64,000 bases of DNA from Eukaryota sp. TZLM1-RC (lineage: Eukaryota > Protista > Metamonada: BaSk clade): positions 1,736,001 through 1,800,000 of the forward strand of contig JAUPSS010000005.1 of the NCBI GenBank assembly GCA_040285825.1, given 5' to 3'. Shown one piece after another: positions 22,206-34,599 of the stretch. Made by a program: the position numbers and the translations under genes. Positions within the stretch are counted from its first letter, which is position 1; each line of letters opens with the position of its first letter. The notes under the pieces were generated by a model, which saw only the letters and a list, made by a program, of their open reading frames with translations, was not told the origin of the DNA and did not search any database.

Positions 22206-22744
22206 CCGATCTCTCGTTCATTAATCATATCAGATTTAAATTCCATTGTTGATGAGTCTATTGTATCGAGAGTGTACGGATGTTTTGTTTATCTGATGTT
22301 TTGAATAGTGAAAATTATATACGCAAAATGAATGTCCTCATCAAGCATCGTTGGGTTTCTTTTGGAAAGTGCAATTCATTGAAGGCAAAAACTACCCAAC
22401 ACCAAAATAATCAAACTAGAATGTTGAAACATCAGCTGAATCTTTATCTCATTATTGTGGTTATTGATCATAGTGGACAAAATGCAAACATTTGCCCAAA
22501 TAATATTGAATTGCTATATTTGGATATATGAAAAGCTTGTAGGTCATCAAAAATTTGACAGGACAACCTTTTACATTCTTAAACCTCTTATCATCATTTG
22601 TTTAAATTAATCAATTGATTCACGTTATAAACTTCTCAAGGACTTATCCTGATAGTTCACAATAATCTGCTACAACTATTCTTCACAAGCATAGGGTAGA
22701 AGATTGAGATTCAAACTCCCAAACCAAAAAATTCTTAGACCAAA

Positions 22745-23353
22745 ATGCTTGCCCTCAGTTTGGTACTGGGGACGTTTCTTGGTTTCATCACCATTGCCAT
22801 TCTATACCAACACTATTCGCGACAATCAAAGATCTTCGTCAACTTCAACCTTTCCCTACACGTCATATCCTTGGTAGCCTTTGTCTTTTGCTTTTACCTA
22901 ATATATGCACTACTCATCATTACTCTTTCCATGCTTTTTACCATTCCCCCTCGGCTGTTTTTCACCTACCATCCCCCTCTTTTCGAGTTCAGTTCACAGC
23001 TCTCTTGGATAGCCATTGGATCTTTAGTTGGAGCTCTGTTTTTAATGACGATCCCTTACTTAATTTTTCTTCGTAATCTCGATTTAGTTTTTGATTTTTT
23101 CTTTTCTCTAGCATTTATTCACATTCTTGTTGTTTCTCTTCTCGATAAGCTTCCATCCGCTTTTTCATTCTATGGTATTCTGCTTTTTGGTGTTTTCTTA
23201 TCATGGAATGTTACTGAGCTTGCAGTCTATAGGTTTAGCCGAATGTCAATTAAATCTTTCCTAGGGGGTGCAAGGGACTCTTTAGAAGAGGAGAAAAATG
23301 GTGAGGAAAGGGAATTGGAAGTTGTGATTGAAAAAGATGAGCTATCCACTTGA
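22745..23353 (+). CDS. Multi-pass membrane protein, SYS1/TMEM244-like
   Basis: About 5 hydrophobic segments. FDFFFSLAFIHIL...KLPSAFSFY resembles the SYS1 D....HFIHL....FP..WW motif. Confidence 0.55.
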   Translation: MLALSLVLGTFLGFITIAILYQHYSRQSKIFVNFNLSLHVISLVAFVFCFYLIYALLIITLSMLFTIPPRLFFTYHPPLFEFSSQLSWIAIGSLVGALFLMTIPYLIFLRNLDLVFDFFFSLAFIHILVVSLLDKLPSAFSFYGILLFGVFLSWNVTELAVYRFSRMSIKSFLGGARDSLEEEKNGEERELEVVIEKDELST

Positions 23354-23548
23354 GTTTATTGTATTTGTCGATTTACACAACTTAATTTTTTTGGGAAATA
23401 ATTAATTTTTTCTACAACTTTCTATTAGAAAAAGTTTCCAAATCTGTAATTCTGAAATAAATCTTGTACTTTTGATCCTACAAAGTTACTTTTGTTGATG
23501 GGTTGAATTGAAAACAATTGTAATATTTATTTATTTAATAAAAATGAA

Positions 23549-24988
23549 TTACACAGAAATATTAACTGCTTCAAGCTTTGATTCAACAATTGAAACATCT
23601 TGAAATGCCCTCCGTCCTCTACCCCTGTTTCCTCGGCGACATCTTCTTCCTCTTCTACCTGCATTATGATTGGGATGAGGTTGTTGTTGCAGGTTGGGGT
23701 TGGGGTTGACGTTCGGACTGGAGTTAGCAACACCTTTCAACAAGCCCAATGCATCAACGACAAAAGGTTGAACTTCTCGCTGAACAAGGGCATCCTTCTC
23801 GAGGTCATTAAGCACCTCCTTAATCTCCTTAAACATAGCAGTGACAGGATTGATTTTGGCATTGTGGAAAAGTTCATCAATCAAGGGTATGATGGATTCT
23901 TCATTCAAAATTGAACGTTCCATTATGGCAGAGTACTGATCAGGATGTTGATCAGGAGAGGCTACTGCATGAAGGAATAGATCAGTGAATGATTTTTGGA
24001 TTGCCTCCTGACATGTGCAAACTTTGGTTTTTGCTGTGTACTGATTGTTGACAGAGAAACAGTTGAGGTGTGAAGGTAGCTCTGAAGGAAAGAGAAACGT
24101 CTCAAAGCAACCTCTACATACAGCTTTGAAAGAGATATCAGGCAAATCACAACATTGATCTAAACTATCAAATAGACCCGCAGAGAAGCTGCAGTTGGAA
24201 CAAAAATCATAAATTCCATAGACATGAGCGTTGAAAAGTTTGCTTAAATGTTCAGACAACTTGAATAAGGAAGTAAATGTCTTTGTTCCCAACAATGAAC
24301 AGGTAATCGTTGTGCTTGTCTTTGGCTTCTGTTTGTTGAGCCAGTTTCCTGTGAGGTATTGAGCAACTTGACCTGATTTGAACTGTTCATATGCAATAGC
24401 AATATAATAGACATCTAATGAAGCGTATAGAATCTGCTTATCAGTAAGGCACTCATTTCTCCAATTACTTCGAGATATCTTCTTATCTTTTGGATGGATA
24501 CAAGTGAGATTTAGGGCGTTGAAAACACAGTGTGGATGTGAGACATTCTGTACAAGTACCCCTGGGTTACTTCGCATGCCAAGTTGTCTAAACATGATAT
24601 CTGTGTCATCTACAGGTGTTACATCAATGCCAAAGTATTTGGAGAACCGCTTCTTATCTTCACTGATTCCCTTGAAAACCTTAACAATTTCATTATCCAA
24701 AAGAAGAGAAGAAATACTTTGAGGTAAAGTGGTTTGTTGGTGAACTTGAACTAGAACAACCATGGTCGTGCTTGAAAATTGTAACAAATCCAAGCTGTTA
24801 TCTGGTTCTTTGAGTTTCTGGAATATAGGTTTCCATTCGGTGTCCACAGCTACAAAAGCATAGGTGAGACTGCTTCGTAAAGCAGAGAACACCTCAGTGA
24901 TGTAGTCTGGCGAATGGTCACGGAGAGATATGATGGTACAAGGCACTTTGGGGAGTTCAGCAGCAAATTGATGATAAGATGTTGTCAT
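23549..24988 (-). CDS. WRN/EXD-like DEDDy 3'-5' exonuclease with a Cys/His-rich C-terminal region
   Basis: VAVDTEWKP, LLQFSS, IVKVF.GI.ED, SNWR...LTDKQILYASLDV. Confidence 0.85.
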   Translation of the reverse strand: MTTSYHQFAAELPKVPCTIISLRDHSPDYITEVFSALRSSLTYAFVAVDTEWKPIFQKLKEPDNSLDLLQFSSTTMVVLVQVHQQTTLPQSISSLLLDNEIVKVFKGISEDKKRFSKYFGIDVTPVDDTDIMFRQLGMRSNPGVLVQNVSHPHCVFNALNLTCIHPKDKKISRSNWRNECLTDKQILYASLDVYYIAIAYEQFKSGQVAQYLTGNWLNKQKPKTSTTITCSLLGTKTFTSLFKLSEHLSKLFNAHVYGIYDFCSNCSFSAGLFDSLDQCCDLPDISFKAVCRGCFETFLFPSELPSHLNCFSVNNQYTAKTKVCTCQEAIQKSFTDLFLHAVASPDQHPDQYSAIMERSILNEESIIPLIDELFHNAKINPVTAMFKEIKEVLNDLEKDALVQREVQPFVVDALGLLKGVANSSPNVNPNPNLQQQPHPNHNAGRRGRRCRRGNRGRGRRAFQDVSIVESKLEAVNISV

Positions 24989-25439
24989 TGAAAATTTTGA
25001 AACAAAATTTTGAATTTACCCTTTTGATTAGTTCTGAAAAACTATTAAATATACTCCTTATTTTTCATTGATCAAACTTTCCTTGAATAATCTGAACGTC
25101 AAAACACTTGAACAACTGCAAATTAACACACAGGTTAACATCATTAGGTTGAGACAAAAACTTCAGCAAGAAGTATGTTTACCTTTCAACTAAACATTCG
25201 GACTATCTCAGCTTCATGTAGTGTGAGCTCCAGAGGTGGTAGACAGTAAAACGTCGGTACAGTTCAATCTGGTGGAGCATTAAGTAGAATAAATGCAGTA
25301 AATGTGATCAGTATAGTAATAATGACCGAACATGCAGTTGTTCTGTGGTATTTAAGACAACAATAAAATAGTAATGATTTGAATAAACAAAAATCCAATA
25401 AATAAACGAATAAATGATTTGAGAACAATTCCTTTTTAA

Positions 25440-28400
25440 CTAGTTGATTGATGTCAACACTGATCTACTCCGAATCATGTTCTTTCATCACCAAATTTTG
25501 GTGATATTACTTTTCACTAAATCGTCTGTTCTCTGGCAAGCAGCTTTTTGTGGTGGCGAAAACAATTTGTTTTTGAATTTTTTTTTCTTCCTCTACATAT
25601 AACCGTTTAACTTAAAACCTGGCTGAACTGAGATCATTGCTTCTATTCTTTCTTGTTGATGTCTGAATCAGTTTCTGATTCTAATGGAGTCAAAAGAAAG
25701 AACGATAGTCAACAAGATGCTCAAGACGTCCTTTCCACCTCTCCTCCTCAACCTCTTCTCTCTTCATTTTTGGACAAAAAAAATTCTGATCAAGAATTTT
25801 TAGACAATCACGATGAAAAAAAAGTTTGTTCAAAAACAAAGCCACGCTCCTACAGATGCTCAAAGTGTCGACAACAGGGACATAATGCTCGAACATGCCC
25901 CAATGTTGGAAACAATGATGCGGCAAATTCTGAAACAAAATGTAAAAGAAAATTTATTAGAAGGAAAGAGTCTAAGGTAGAACCCATAAATAATGCTCCA
26001 CAAGTTGTTGCAAAACCAGTTAGTAATCGATTGAAGCACAAAACTTGCAACACTTGTGGTATTTCTTTTAGAAAAAATGCAAAAGGAAAAACTTCTGATT
26101 GCTGCTTGAAATGCCGCATAGTTGATAACTACCATCCTCCTATAAGAATACCTCAAGAAATTCATCCGACCAAATGCAATGAATTTGCTTTCGTTTTTCA
26201 AAGATTTTTGGATCAATTATGTAAAGGAAAGTATGCTATCAATATTATTTGGGAATTTTTTGGTTCTTTTTGTCCTCCTTTTGAACAAAATTTCGTTAAT
26301 ATTTCCGAAGATTTAACTAATATAGCACCGAGAAATCAGTCATCCGAGAAATTAAGTAAAATTTTTGAAGACAAATGCTTTGACAACAAATGGTCCAAGG
26401 CTTTGTCAGCTTTAAGTCCCGGAGTCAAAGCACCGAACAATGAAAATACAGTAGATAAACTGAAAATACTTCATCCTTATGAAGACCCTATTATGGATCA
26501 AAATTTTTACGGCACATACTGGGAAAATTATCCATTGATGCCATCAGAAGTTTTTTCGGTTATCAAAAAGAGACCTCGTGGTAAGTCTGCCGGACTTTCT
26601 GGTATTACTATTGATCATGTAAAAGCCGCGATTATTTCTTCAGAAGATTGCCTTGGTTTATTGACCAAATTTTTCAACCAAATATTATCTGGTCAACGCA
26701 AGTACCCAGAAGAATTAAGAAGTTCTCGTTTGACTGCACTTGTCAAAAATTCAAAAATGGATGTTCGTCCTATTGCAGTCTCTGAGAGCTTACATAATAT
26801 TTTTTCTGCGTGTTGCTTAAGAAGGTTCAATGAAAAAGCTAAAAAGATTTTATTACCCTTTCAATATGGTATAAATACTACAGATGGAGTCTCTTCAGCG
26901 ATTTTTGCTACTGATGTCTTATTTCGTCAAAATGAATCCAATGTTTGCATGTCATTGGATTTTAGTAATGCTTTCAATTCGCTAAGTCGTCGCAGTATCC
27001 ATGGTGCTCTATTGCAATATATGCCAGAATTAATACCATATTTTCAATCAACATATTGCACATATTCTAATTTACATTTTGGTAACAACATTTTGATTTC
27101 ATTAAGTGGCGTAAAGCAAGGAGATCCGTTAGGACCTCTTTTGTTTTGTTTGGCCATTCATCCTATTCTACTGCAAATTCAAGAGATGTTTCCTTCACTA
27201 AAAATGATTGCATATATGGATGATGTTGTGCTTATTGGTGAATTAAATATTGTGAAAAAAGCAACTGTATGTTTTAAAGAATTATTTACCAAAATTGGTC
27301 TCCGACTTAATTTACTTAAATGTGTTTTGTTATCGAATTCTCCAGTTTCCACAATAATTGATGATATTGAAATTCAAGCCAAATTATATTCAATTGATGC
27401 TATTCGTCATTTGGGTTCGTTTTTAGGAAATAATGATGAAATTACCAAAAAATTGTTTGAAAAGTTGAACTCAATTTCTGACAAAATTGACCGAATGATG
27501 AATTTAGATATAAAAAAACACATCAAATTTACCATTATAAGACTGTGTTTTAGTTCCAATTTTAATCATATATTTCGATCTACAAATCCTCTCGTCACTA
27601 GACCTTTGGCTCAAAAGTTTAATGAGTTACGTGCAAAAGTTCTGTCTCAATTACTGGGATGTAAAATGTTTCAAATTCCAGATCATGCTTACCTTAGTCC
27701 ACAATATGGTGGTTTAGGGTGGACGAAGGCTTCTATTCTTACCTCGTGTGCTTTTGTTGGTGGATGCAGAAATGCAATCTTTGAGTTCTCCGAAAGATTT
27801 GCAGATTGGGAAGATTTATTGATGACAACGCAAAGTTCCACTGTTTTTGCATTAAATGAAGAAATTTCAAGAATTGATGTAGAAAAATGGGGTCGATGTT
27901 TTCCCCAATCATTCAATGGCAATATACCAGAAAAAAATGTTTTAAATTTGAAGTATACTCTTCGAACATTACAGAAAAGATTGACTGGAATGTATGAAAA
28001 AGATCTTTATAATAATATTTGCAGCTCGGCTGTTTTAAATCAAGATCTTCACTCATTGTTATTGGAAAAGGGTGTTTGTGAAAACAAGGTGTCAGATTCT
28101 TCACTTTTTGTAACCATTGTACCACGAAGATTTGGATTGTGTGCTACTAATGAAGCATTTGTAACAAAAATGAGATTATATTTGAACATCCCCATTAACC
28201 AATTATTATCAAAAGAAAAATGTATTTGTTCGAATTCACCTCAACTCACTTTGCGCCATGCTCTAAATTGCTCTAAATTGATAACTTATCGTTCTTCATT
28301 ACATGATGCTGTTAGAGACACTGTTTTCAATATGGCACAAACTGCAAGGATATCGTGTATCAAAGAGCCCCTGCTGAAAGAAACACTTTCTCTAAATAAT

Positions 28401-30045
28401 TTTGGTTCTGATGATAGAGGTGATGTATACTGTGATTGGATTGATAATTCTGAAGCTATTGTTGACTTTGTCTCATGTAATGTTGCAAACGATACTTTGG
28501 TTCACAGAAGAAAACTTAATCCTGTGGCTGCTCTGGATTTTTAAAGCAAAAGAAAAACATAGAAAATATGATAAAGAAATTGAAGATGCAAATATCGATA
28601 GAAATACACAGCTGGTTTTTATTGCTTTCCCATTTTCGATAAATGGAAGATTATCAGTTGAAGCAGAAACTTTTTTGGATGACTTCCAAAAAATGGTGAA
28701 AGAAAAAACAATGAAAAGATTTGATATTTTTTTATGGCGTTCACGGATTCAATTTGCCATTATTAATAGATTACCGCGGTTTTTCAATCGAATTAGAGAA
28801 GCTTTAGCTAGACAGCAAGCAAATCAAGATTTTGTAGAGGAAATCTTGGTTTAATGATAGTCGTCCCATTAGTTATGATTCAATTTAATCAAGTGTGCAA
28901 ATTCAATAAATTAACATAATTTTGCAACCGTTTTCCAAATGGTGATGATTTACTGAATTCTACAAGTAATAATTATTTAAGAGACCTTGAAAATGTCCTT
29001 GATTGGTTGCCCGCTGAAAGTTGGAGTAAAAGTTTTTCCGTTTATGTACAGCAAATACCACCCTGAACACTTCTAAATTTGAGGTATAGTGTAAAGGTAT
29101 TGCAACAAAATGAGGAATGATTTTTGAAGGCTTGGATTTTATATATTTGTCCCGGCTCCGCCAAAGATGATAATATCGCTTTCGCCAACTTTTCTGTTAG
29201 ACGCTCAGAACAGTTCTCCTTCGTGTTTAATTACTCAACTTCTTCAAATTTATGGTATTCTTTTAAGTGATACCACATTTTCTTATACAATGCGCCGTCA
29301 ATATCTTATTTAGCCTGATAGCGTGCCTCATAATTTATTTTCCACATGTGGATCAAAAACTTCTCCAAATCACCTTTTTAATTGTAAACACTTCATTACT
29401 TTTCGAGCAAAAGTTCATGATGCAGTAAGTGATGTACTATACTGTATGTCAAAATCCTACAGAATTGTTGCCTATTCAGAACCATTACTCTCTACTTTGT
29501 TTGGCGAAGATATTTTGTGTTTGTTTGGTCGTAATGGAACTGATTTAATGCTTGACGACGTTGAAGGGACGACTAGCATTACTGATGTGAGGTGTACGGA
29601 TGTGTGCAATAATTCTTTCATACCATCAGCTCAGTCAAAACACAAGAATCCACTATCTGTTGCTAAAAACACTTAAATATAAAAAATAAATATTGATAAA
29701 TATTTAATACTTAGATAAATGTAAAGCACAATGGTTTTCTTTGAATGCTGAATCGCAAACTCATTATGTGCTTGCTACATTTCTTTTTCCCTACATGGCT
29801 CCTTTGGACCACTTGCTGTATCTATCTTGGATGATTTTGTTGAAATTGTGAAACAACATACAAGAAGAATTTTTGACAAAATGTTCTGGCAGAACAGAAT
29901 AGTATTTCCAATTTTTAAAGGTGTTGCCCTTTTGTTATTTTTTGCTTTGTTATCTCTTTGTGGGTTTTATGAGAGCAATACTTCCATTAAATTCTTTTTG
30001 GCTGATTTGGAGTATGAATATGCGGAAGTCTAAGATGATTGGTTA
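25440..30045 (+). mobile_element. Old CRE-like element (family C), split into 25440-25581 and 28918-30045 by the young family A insertion
   Basis: The left piece encodes SPNFGDITFTKSSVLWQAAFCGG.N.VFEF. The right piece resumes CNRFPNGDDLL..YLRDLENVLD..HLFNCKHFITFRAKVHDAV..WQNRIVF. Confidence 0.75.
25582..28917 (+). mobile_element. Near-intact full-length CRE-like RLE non-LTR retrotransposon (family A), single ORF ~1064 aa with one +1 frameshift
   Basis: ATG at 25659. CSKCRQQGHNARTC knuckle, CxxC..CxxC, RT (RPIAVSE, QYG, DFSNAFN, GVKQGDPLGPLLF, AYMDD), GGLG, CIC..HALNC, HDAVRD, RGDV..VDF, KHRKY. Extra T in the T5 run at 28538-28542 versus T4 in the 39452 copy. Confidence 0.93.
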
Positions 30046-30411
30046 ATTTTTTCTTAGAATAGAGTAATCTCTATTAAACGATAGATTTGAACAAACAGGA
30101 AAACTGTAAAACAATGGAGAAGAGTTGATAAAATATTGGGTTATTTTGAGTCAAAGAACTTTGTAAAGGTGAAACTGGGTAATAGTGTTTTGTGAAAAGT
30201 TGATAACTTTGTACCAGAATGATTGCTTATAAGAGCAGTTAAAACAGAAATGGTGGATCACGGATTTGATTGGATTTAAACTAAAGTTCACCATGTTACG
30301 AATCTGGTCATCAAACAAGTAATTATTTTTCGACATCATTGGTGCAATTTTGAAATGCAAGTTTTTAATCCATTCTTGTGACCTATTTGAAACTGTTTCA
30401 GCAAAATAAGG

Positions 30412-30495
30412 CGAGCCTTAGCTCAGTTGGTAGAGCATTCGACTGTAGATGTTGTAGTTATCGAAATGTCCTGGGTTCAATTCCCAGAGGCTCGA
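30412..30495 (+). tRNA. tRNA-Tyr(GTA) with an 11-nt intron (30449-30459)
   Basis: Acceptor stem cgagcct/aggctcg, discriminator A, D arm gctc/gagc, anticodon stem ttcga/tcgaa with GTA at 30445-30447, T arm ctggg-ttcaatt-cccag, and a T-run downstream. Confidence 0.95.
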
Positions 30496-30894
30496 TATTT
30501 TTGTTGTTTCAACTTTGTAATCATCCATACCCCAGGTCAATTAGTGTACGTATGCACATCAATTGCTGCAAGATAGTTGAAGTAGTTGAGAAGAACTGTT
30601 GAATGTAGAACAATATGTGCTGAAAATGACCAATGGATCTTATTAGACTAAACAAAACTCCCACATATTGTGGTTTAAATAATGGTAAATTAACTTAGTT
30701 TATTTATTTGGTATTGATTGGGTTAATAAAAACCGACTTAGATGAAGAAAAAAATTACCAAACATTAGAAGAACGGCAAAAGAACACAAAAACAAAAGAC
30801 AAATTAAAATATGATACAGAATGCAGGATGAACTACAGCAAGAAATAAAAAAATAAAGAAAAAATTGAATAAAAAATGAAACCAGCCAAAAAAT

Positions 30895-32354
30895 TCACCT
30901 CTTTCCTTTTGAATTACCCTTTTTCAACGTCAAATGATCAAAATTTAAAAAACTTTGTGTTTCTTGGTTCTGTTGGGCTTCAGACAGCTCAATTTTGGTC
31001 GTCAACTGTTGTAAAGAATTCAATAACAATTCCTGACGCCTTTCACTTTCTTCCTTTTGTTTCCTTATTTTATCGACCAAACATAGAGCAAAACTTTCCA
31101 ACTGGTTCAAAGACTCAACATTGTCTTCATGTTGACTTGACGACTCGGTAATGGTGTGATTTACTAGAGAAGAAAGTTCTGTTAGAGATTGTTGGTAATT
31201 AGAAGCTTGATTTGACACATATTGGTGACTCTCATGAATAATTTGCTTTTTTAACTTTTCAATTTCAGCAATTTTTTCACCTAATAATTGCCGCTGAGCT
31301 CTTTGATTAACCTCAGGCCTATTTTCAATTTGTTTAGCCATTTTTGCATATCTTAAAGTACTCAATGTATCTTCGATTGACCTCAACCCGGGGGTAATTG
31401 TTGCAATTAAGACAGTTTTAGTTTTTCCACCAAGAGACTCCTGAAGTATCCTGGTAAGTTTTGACTCCCTATAGGGCACATGAGAAGCTCCTTTTTTTAA
31501 AAGGGCAATCATAACACGTGATAAGGTCAACAATGATTGATTAATCATTCCAGCTTCTTTTAAATTAACCCCTTGAACACCACTTCTCCCCACATTTTCA
31601 CTCCCAGCCAAGTCTACTAAATTCAGTTTTCCCAGCTTTAGAATGTCATCTCCTTCTGGTTTCTCTACTCTCGTGTGAATGTTCATGGTTAGAATGTAAT
31701 GTGACCGAGAAGAACGATCGTTGAGGTTAGTGCAAGCAGTTTTTCTTATTCTATATCCTTGTTGTAGGAGCTTGAGGACTTCCAACGGTCCCCTCACGTG
31801 ACGTTCTTCTTGTCCATCCACCCTTACACCTTTTTTGTCTTCAAGTATTCTGAGGTTGGTTTTTCCATCTCCTAAGAGATCTATGAGTTCTTCATTGTAA
31901 AGTTCCAAGTGCGAGCAATTTACAGTGAAATCGTGGTAGTCTGTACGAAGGCGATCAAAGACCAATTGGACGGCTCTAGGGATGATTCCCGCATCTTCAG
32001 TGGAAAATTGTTCAAAATCATGGAGAATTTCGTCAGGTCCTTGCATGGTGAAAGTCTGAGGTAATCAATAGGGGAAATAAGTACCTTTCCTGTTCCAGTC
32101 TGTCCATATGCAAAAATGGTGCAGTTGAAACCATCGATAGCATCCATGACAAGCTGGTCGACTGTTGTAAAGATTTCATCTTGTGTGCTTTGAGGAGGGA
32201 AGACACGGTCGTAGTGGAAGGTTTTGTCTTGGGCTTGTATGGTGTTTTCACTTAAAACTTCAACTACAGATTGATCACCACTTTCCATTTCTTTTTTGAA
32301 GAGAGGACGACATCGAACAACAACTTTGACATTGACTGAAGAAGGTTTGACCAT
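30895..32354 (-). CDS. Kinesin-5 (BimC/Eg5-like), 2 exons (intron 32056-32084, 29 nt), ~476 aa
   Basis: NVKVVVRCRP, FAYGQTGTGK|TFTMQG after splicing, NDRSSRSH, GKLNLVDLAGSENVGRSG, HVPYRESKLTRILQESLGGKTKT, NRPEVNQ. Confidence 0.88.
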
Positions 32355-32426
32355 TAAGTAGGAAAGGATAGGGGTGTATGTGGAGGGAACGTCTTTGATG
32401 TGGGATTGAATTGCTTTCCATAAAGT

Positions 32427-33767
32427 TTTTTTTATGAAATTGTTTATTGTCAACGCTAACAAAACATAAGCAAAAAAAACTAGAACTCAATATCCTCAAT
32501 ACACGCATCAACATCATCAAATCTTTTAAGCGCGCAATTTTCATACTCTATTCCTAATTGTAACAGTGCTTTGGTCAAAATTTCTGGAATTGCATTAAGA
32601 ATACTAAAAACAATTCTATTGTGCCAGAAATTGAAGTTCAATTCTTTTTCTGCTCTTTCTTTTATTAAACTTCTGAAACCTTCGAGAAATTTAATGCCAG
32701 ATATTCCAATGTTACCAAAAAGAGAAACAGCAAATGAAACCAGCTGATACTTGACATGTTCAAAACGTGCTAGCTGAGATAAGGGTTCATTGTACTTTTT
32801 TGATTTTGCTCTTTTCAGCAAAGCAAAGAGGAGTTTCATCTTTTTTAGCAAAATCAATTGCTGTGTCTATACAAACATCCACAGTGACAACATCAACAAC
32901 TTTGATCACACCATCAGACCCAGGGTTATTTAAATCAGCACGGCGTTTCCCAAAAGTATTTTCATCTTCATTTTCAGATGACAACCTTCGCACAAGTGGT
33001 TCTACAAAAGCTTCAATGTGATAACTTTTGCACATAGCGTATAGTTGGTCTCTAACAGCATCGTGAACAACTGAGCGATATGTAATATTAAATTTGCAAT
33101 TAAATAAATGATTCAGATTGATAAGCTGACCACAACGACAAATCAAATCATTTGGCACACTACATGGCCACAGGAAACACCTCATCCTGAAGGCAGTTGT
33201 CTATTGAGGATCATTTAATAATAAACCACGTATATTTGGAATCTGGGAAATGAGACAACTTGAGCTACTTTCCATAAGATCAATTAGAAAGTTTGCAAAA
33301 ACGGGATTATTCTCTTTAGCCAAGCTAAGACGAACAGTGAAATCTAAGTCTTCAAAAAATTTCAAGATCTTTTTCTGCAATTTAGCATATGCAAATTTCA
33401 AGGAAATCAAACTCCTGGGAGGAATTTCTTGAATATCAACAGAACAGCATTTGGACCATATGTGAGGAAAGATGCATTCAATTTCACTCTGCAAGGACAC
33501 TAAATAGTCACTAACACAACATTCTATTAAATGCGGGTTTTCAGGAAAACGTTTCAAAAATTCAAAAACGAAATTTTTGCATCCACCGATAAATGCAGCT
33601 TTACACAAATATTTAGATTTGTGAAAATCCAGGCCTCCCAATTCTGTGCTGCAAAAAATATGACTGGGTCAATAAGAAGAATCAATGTCAAGCAAATTAG
33701 CCAAAAATTTTGTTCTTAATTCATTGAAAATTCTGCAAAATTAAAGAGATATAGATGGTGATGTTGA
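32427..33767 (-). mobile_element. 5'-truncated CRE-like element (family D) with a short A tail
   Basis: GGLDF, CRC..HLFNC, HDAVRD, RRAD..VVDV, KSKIKKY, WHNRIVF. TSD-like ttccataaagt (32416-32426) / ttctataaagt (33768-33778). Confidence 0.85.
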
Positions 33768-34599
33768 TTCTATAAAGTCAATTCAAGATTAAGCATACCT
33801 TCCTAGATCGGCTAAATGTTGAGATCAATTGGGACGTTCGATTGGTTCATTCTTCCAACCCACCAATGTATCGGTTGTTTCTAGTTGAAAAATAAATGAT
33901 AATATGAATATTAGTTTTCAGCAAATAGTTGAAAGGCATGCTGAAGACCGGCTTTGTTGTTTCGAAACATTATCGACTTTCAGCGACTATCCCTCCCTTG
34001 TTGAAGTTTTGTTTTAACGATATTAAAATGAATTAATTACATCATTCCAATCCATTTTCAGGCTTTTGTTCAATTTTTAGCTGAACATTGTGATTTTTGT
34101 ATTCTATTTCCTTTTTATGTGACACCTACCTGCTTTTCGATCCTATGACTTCTCTCTTGTTAACCATACCATGTCTTTCGTTGTGGGACTACTTTGGTTA
34201 TAAGCCAATGGTTTGGAAGGAATGAAATTGTTTCAATGATTAAACATAATAATATATTTTATGTGTTTTGAATTTTAAACGAAATCTGGTCTGAAATTAG
34301 GTCGGCCGACTCAAACACGACTGTCCCTTCTACTGGTTCAAGTGTAGTATCTACATTGTTCAAAATTTAACGCTTTCATTGTGGGAGTAATTTATTGAAT
34401 TAAACATAAAATTTGACCTTTTCGATGTTTCAACTATCTAATTGAGACTGAATTAATCATTCAAATCAAATTAATCAAAAATGGCTTACATGTAAAAAGG
34501 TATCCAGGGTGTAGCTTTGAAATTTGAAACTAAATAAAGATTACTCAATATTTTATTGAGAAAACTACTGAAAAACAACACCACGAAATTATAGAAAAT

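Noticed and set aside
22240-22531. IS1595/Merlin-like VDES motif and an 83-aa ORF after the Fanzor end
   Set aside because: A single short motif with no other catalytic residues or TIRs.
28530-28550. Programmed ribosomal frameshift in the RLE domain
   Set aside because: The near-identical copy at 41251 has one fewer T and an open frame, so this is a simple indel or sequencing error.
31920-32462. ORF-track 180-aa protein as a separate gene
   Set aside because: It is kinesin exon 1 read from an upstream non-ATG start in retroelement tail sequence and through the intron.
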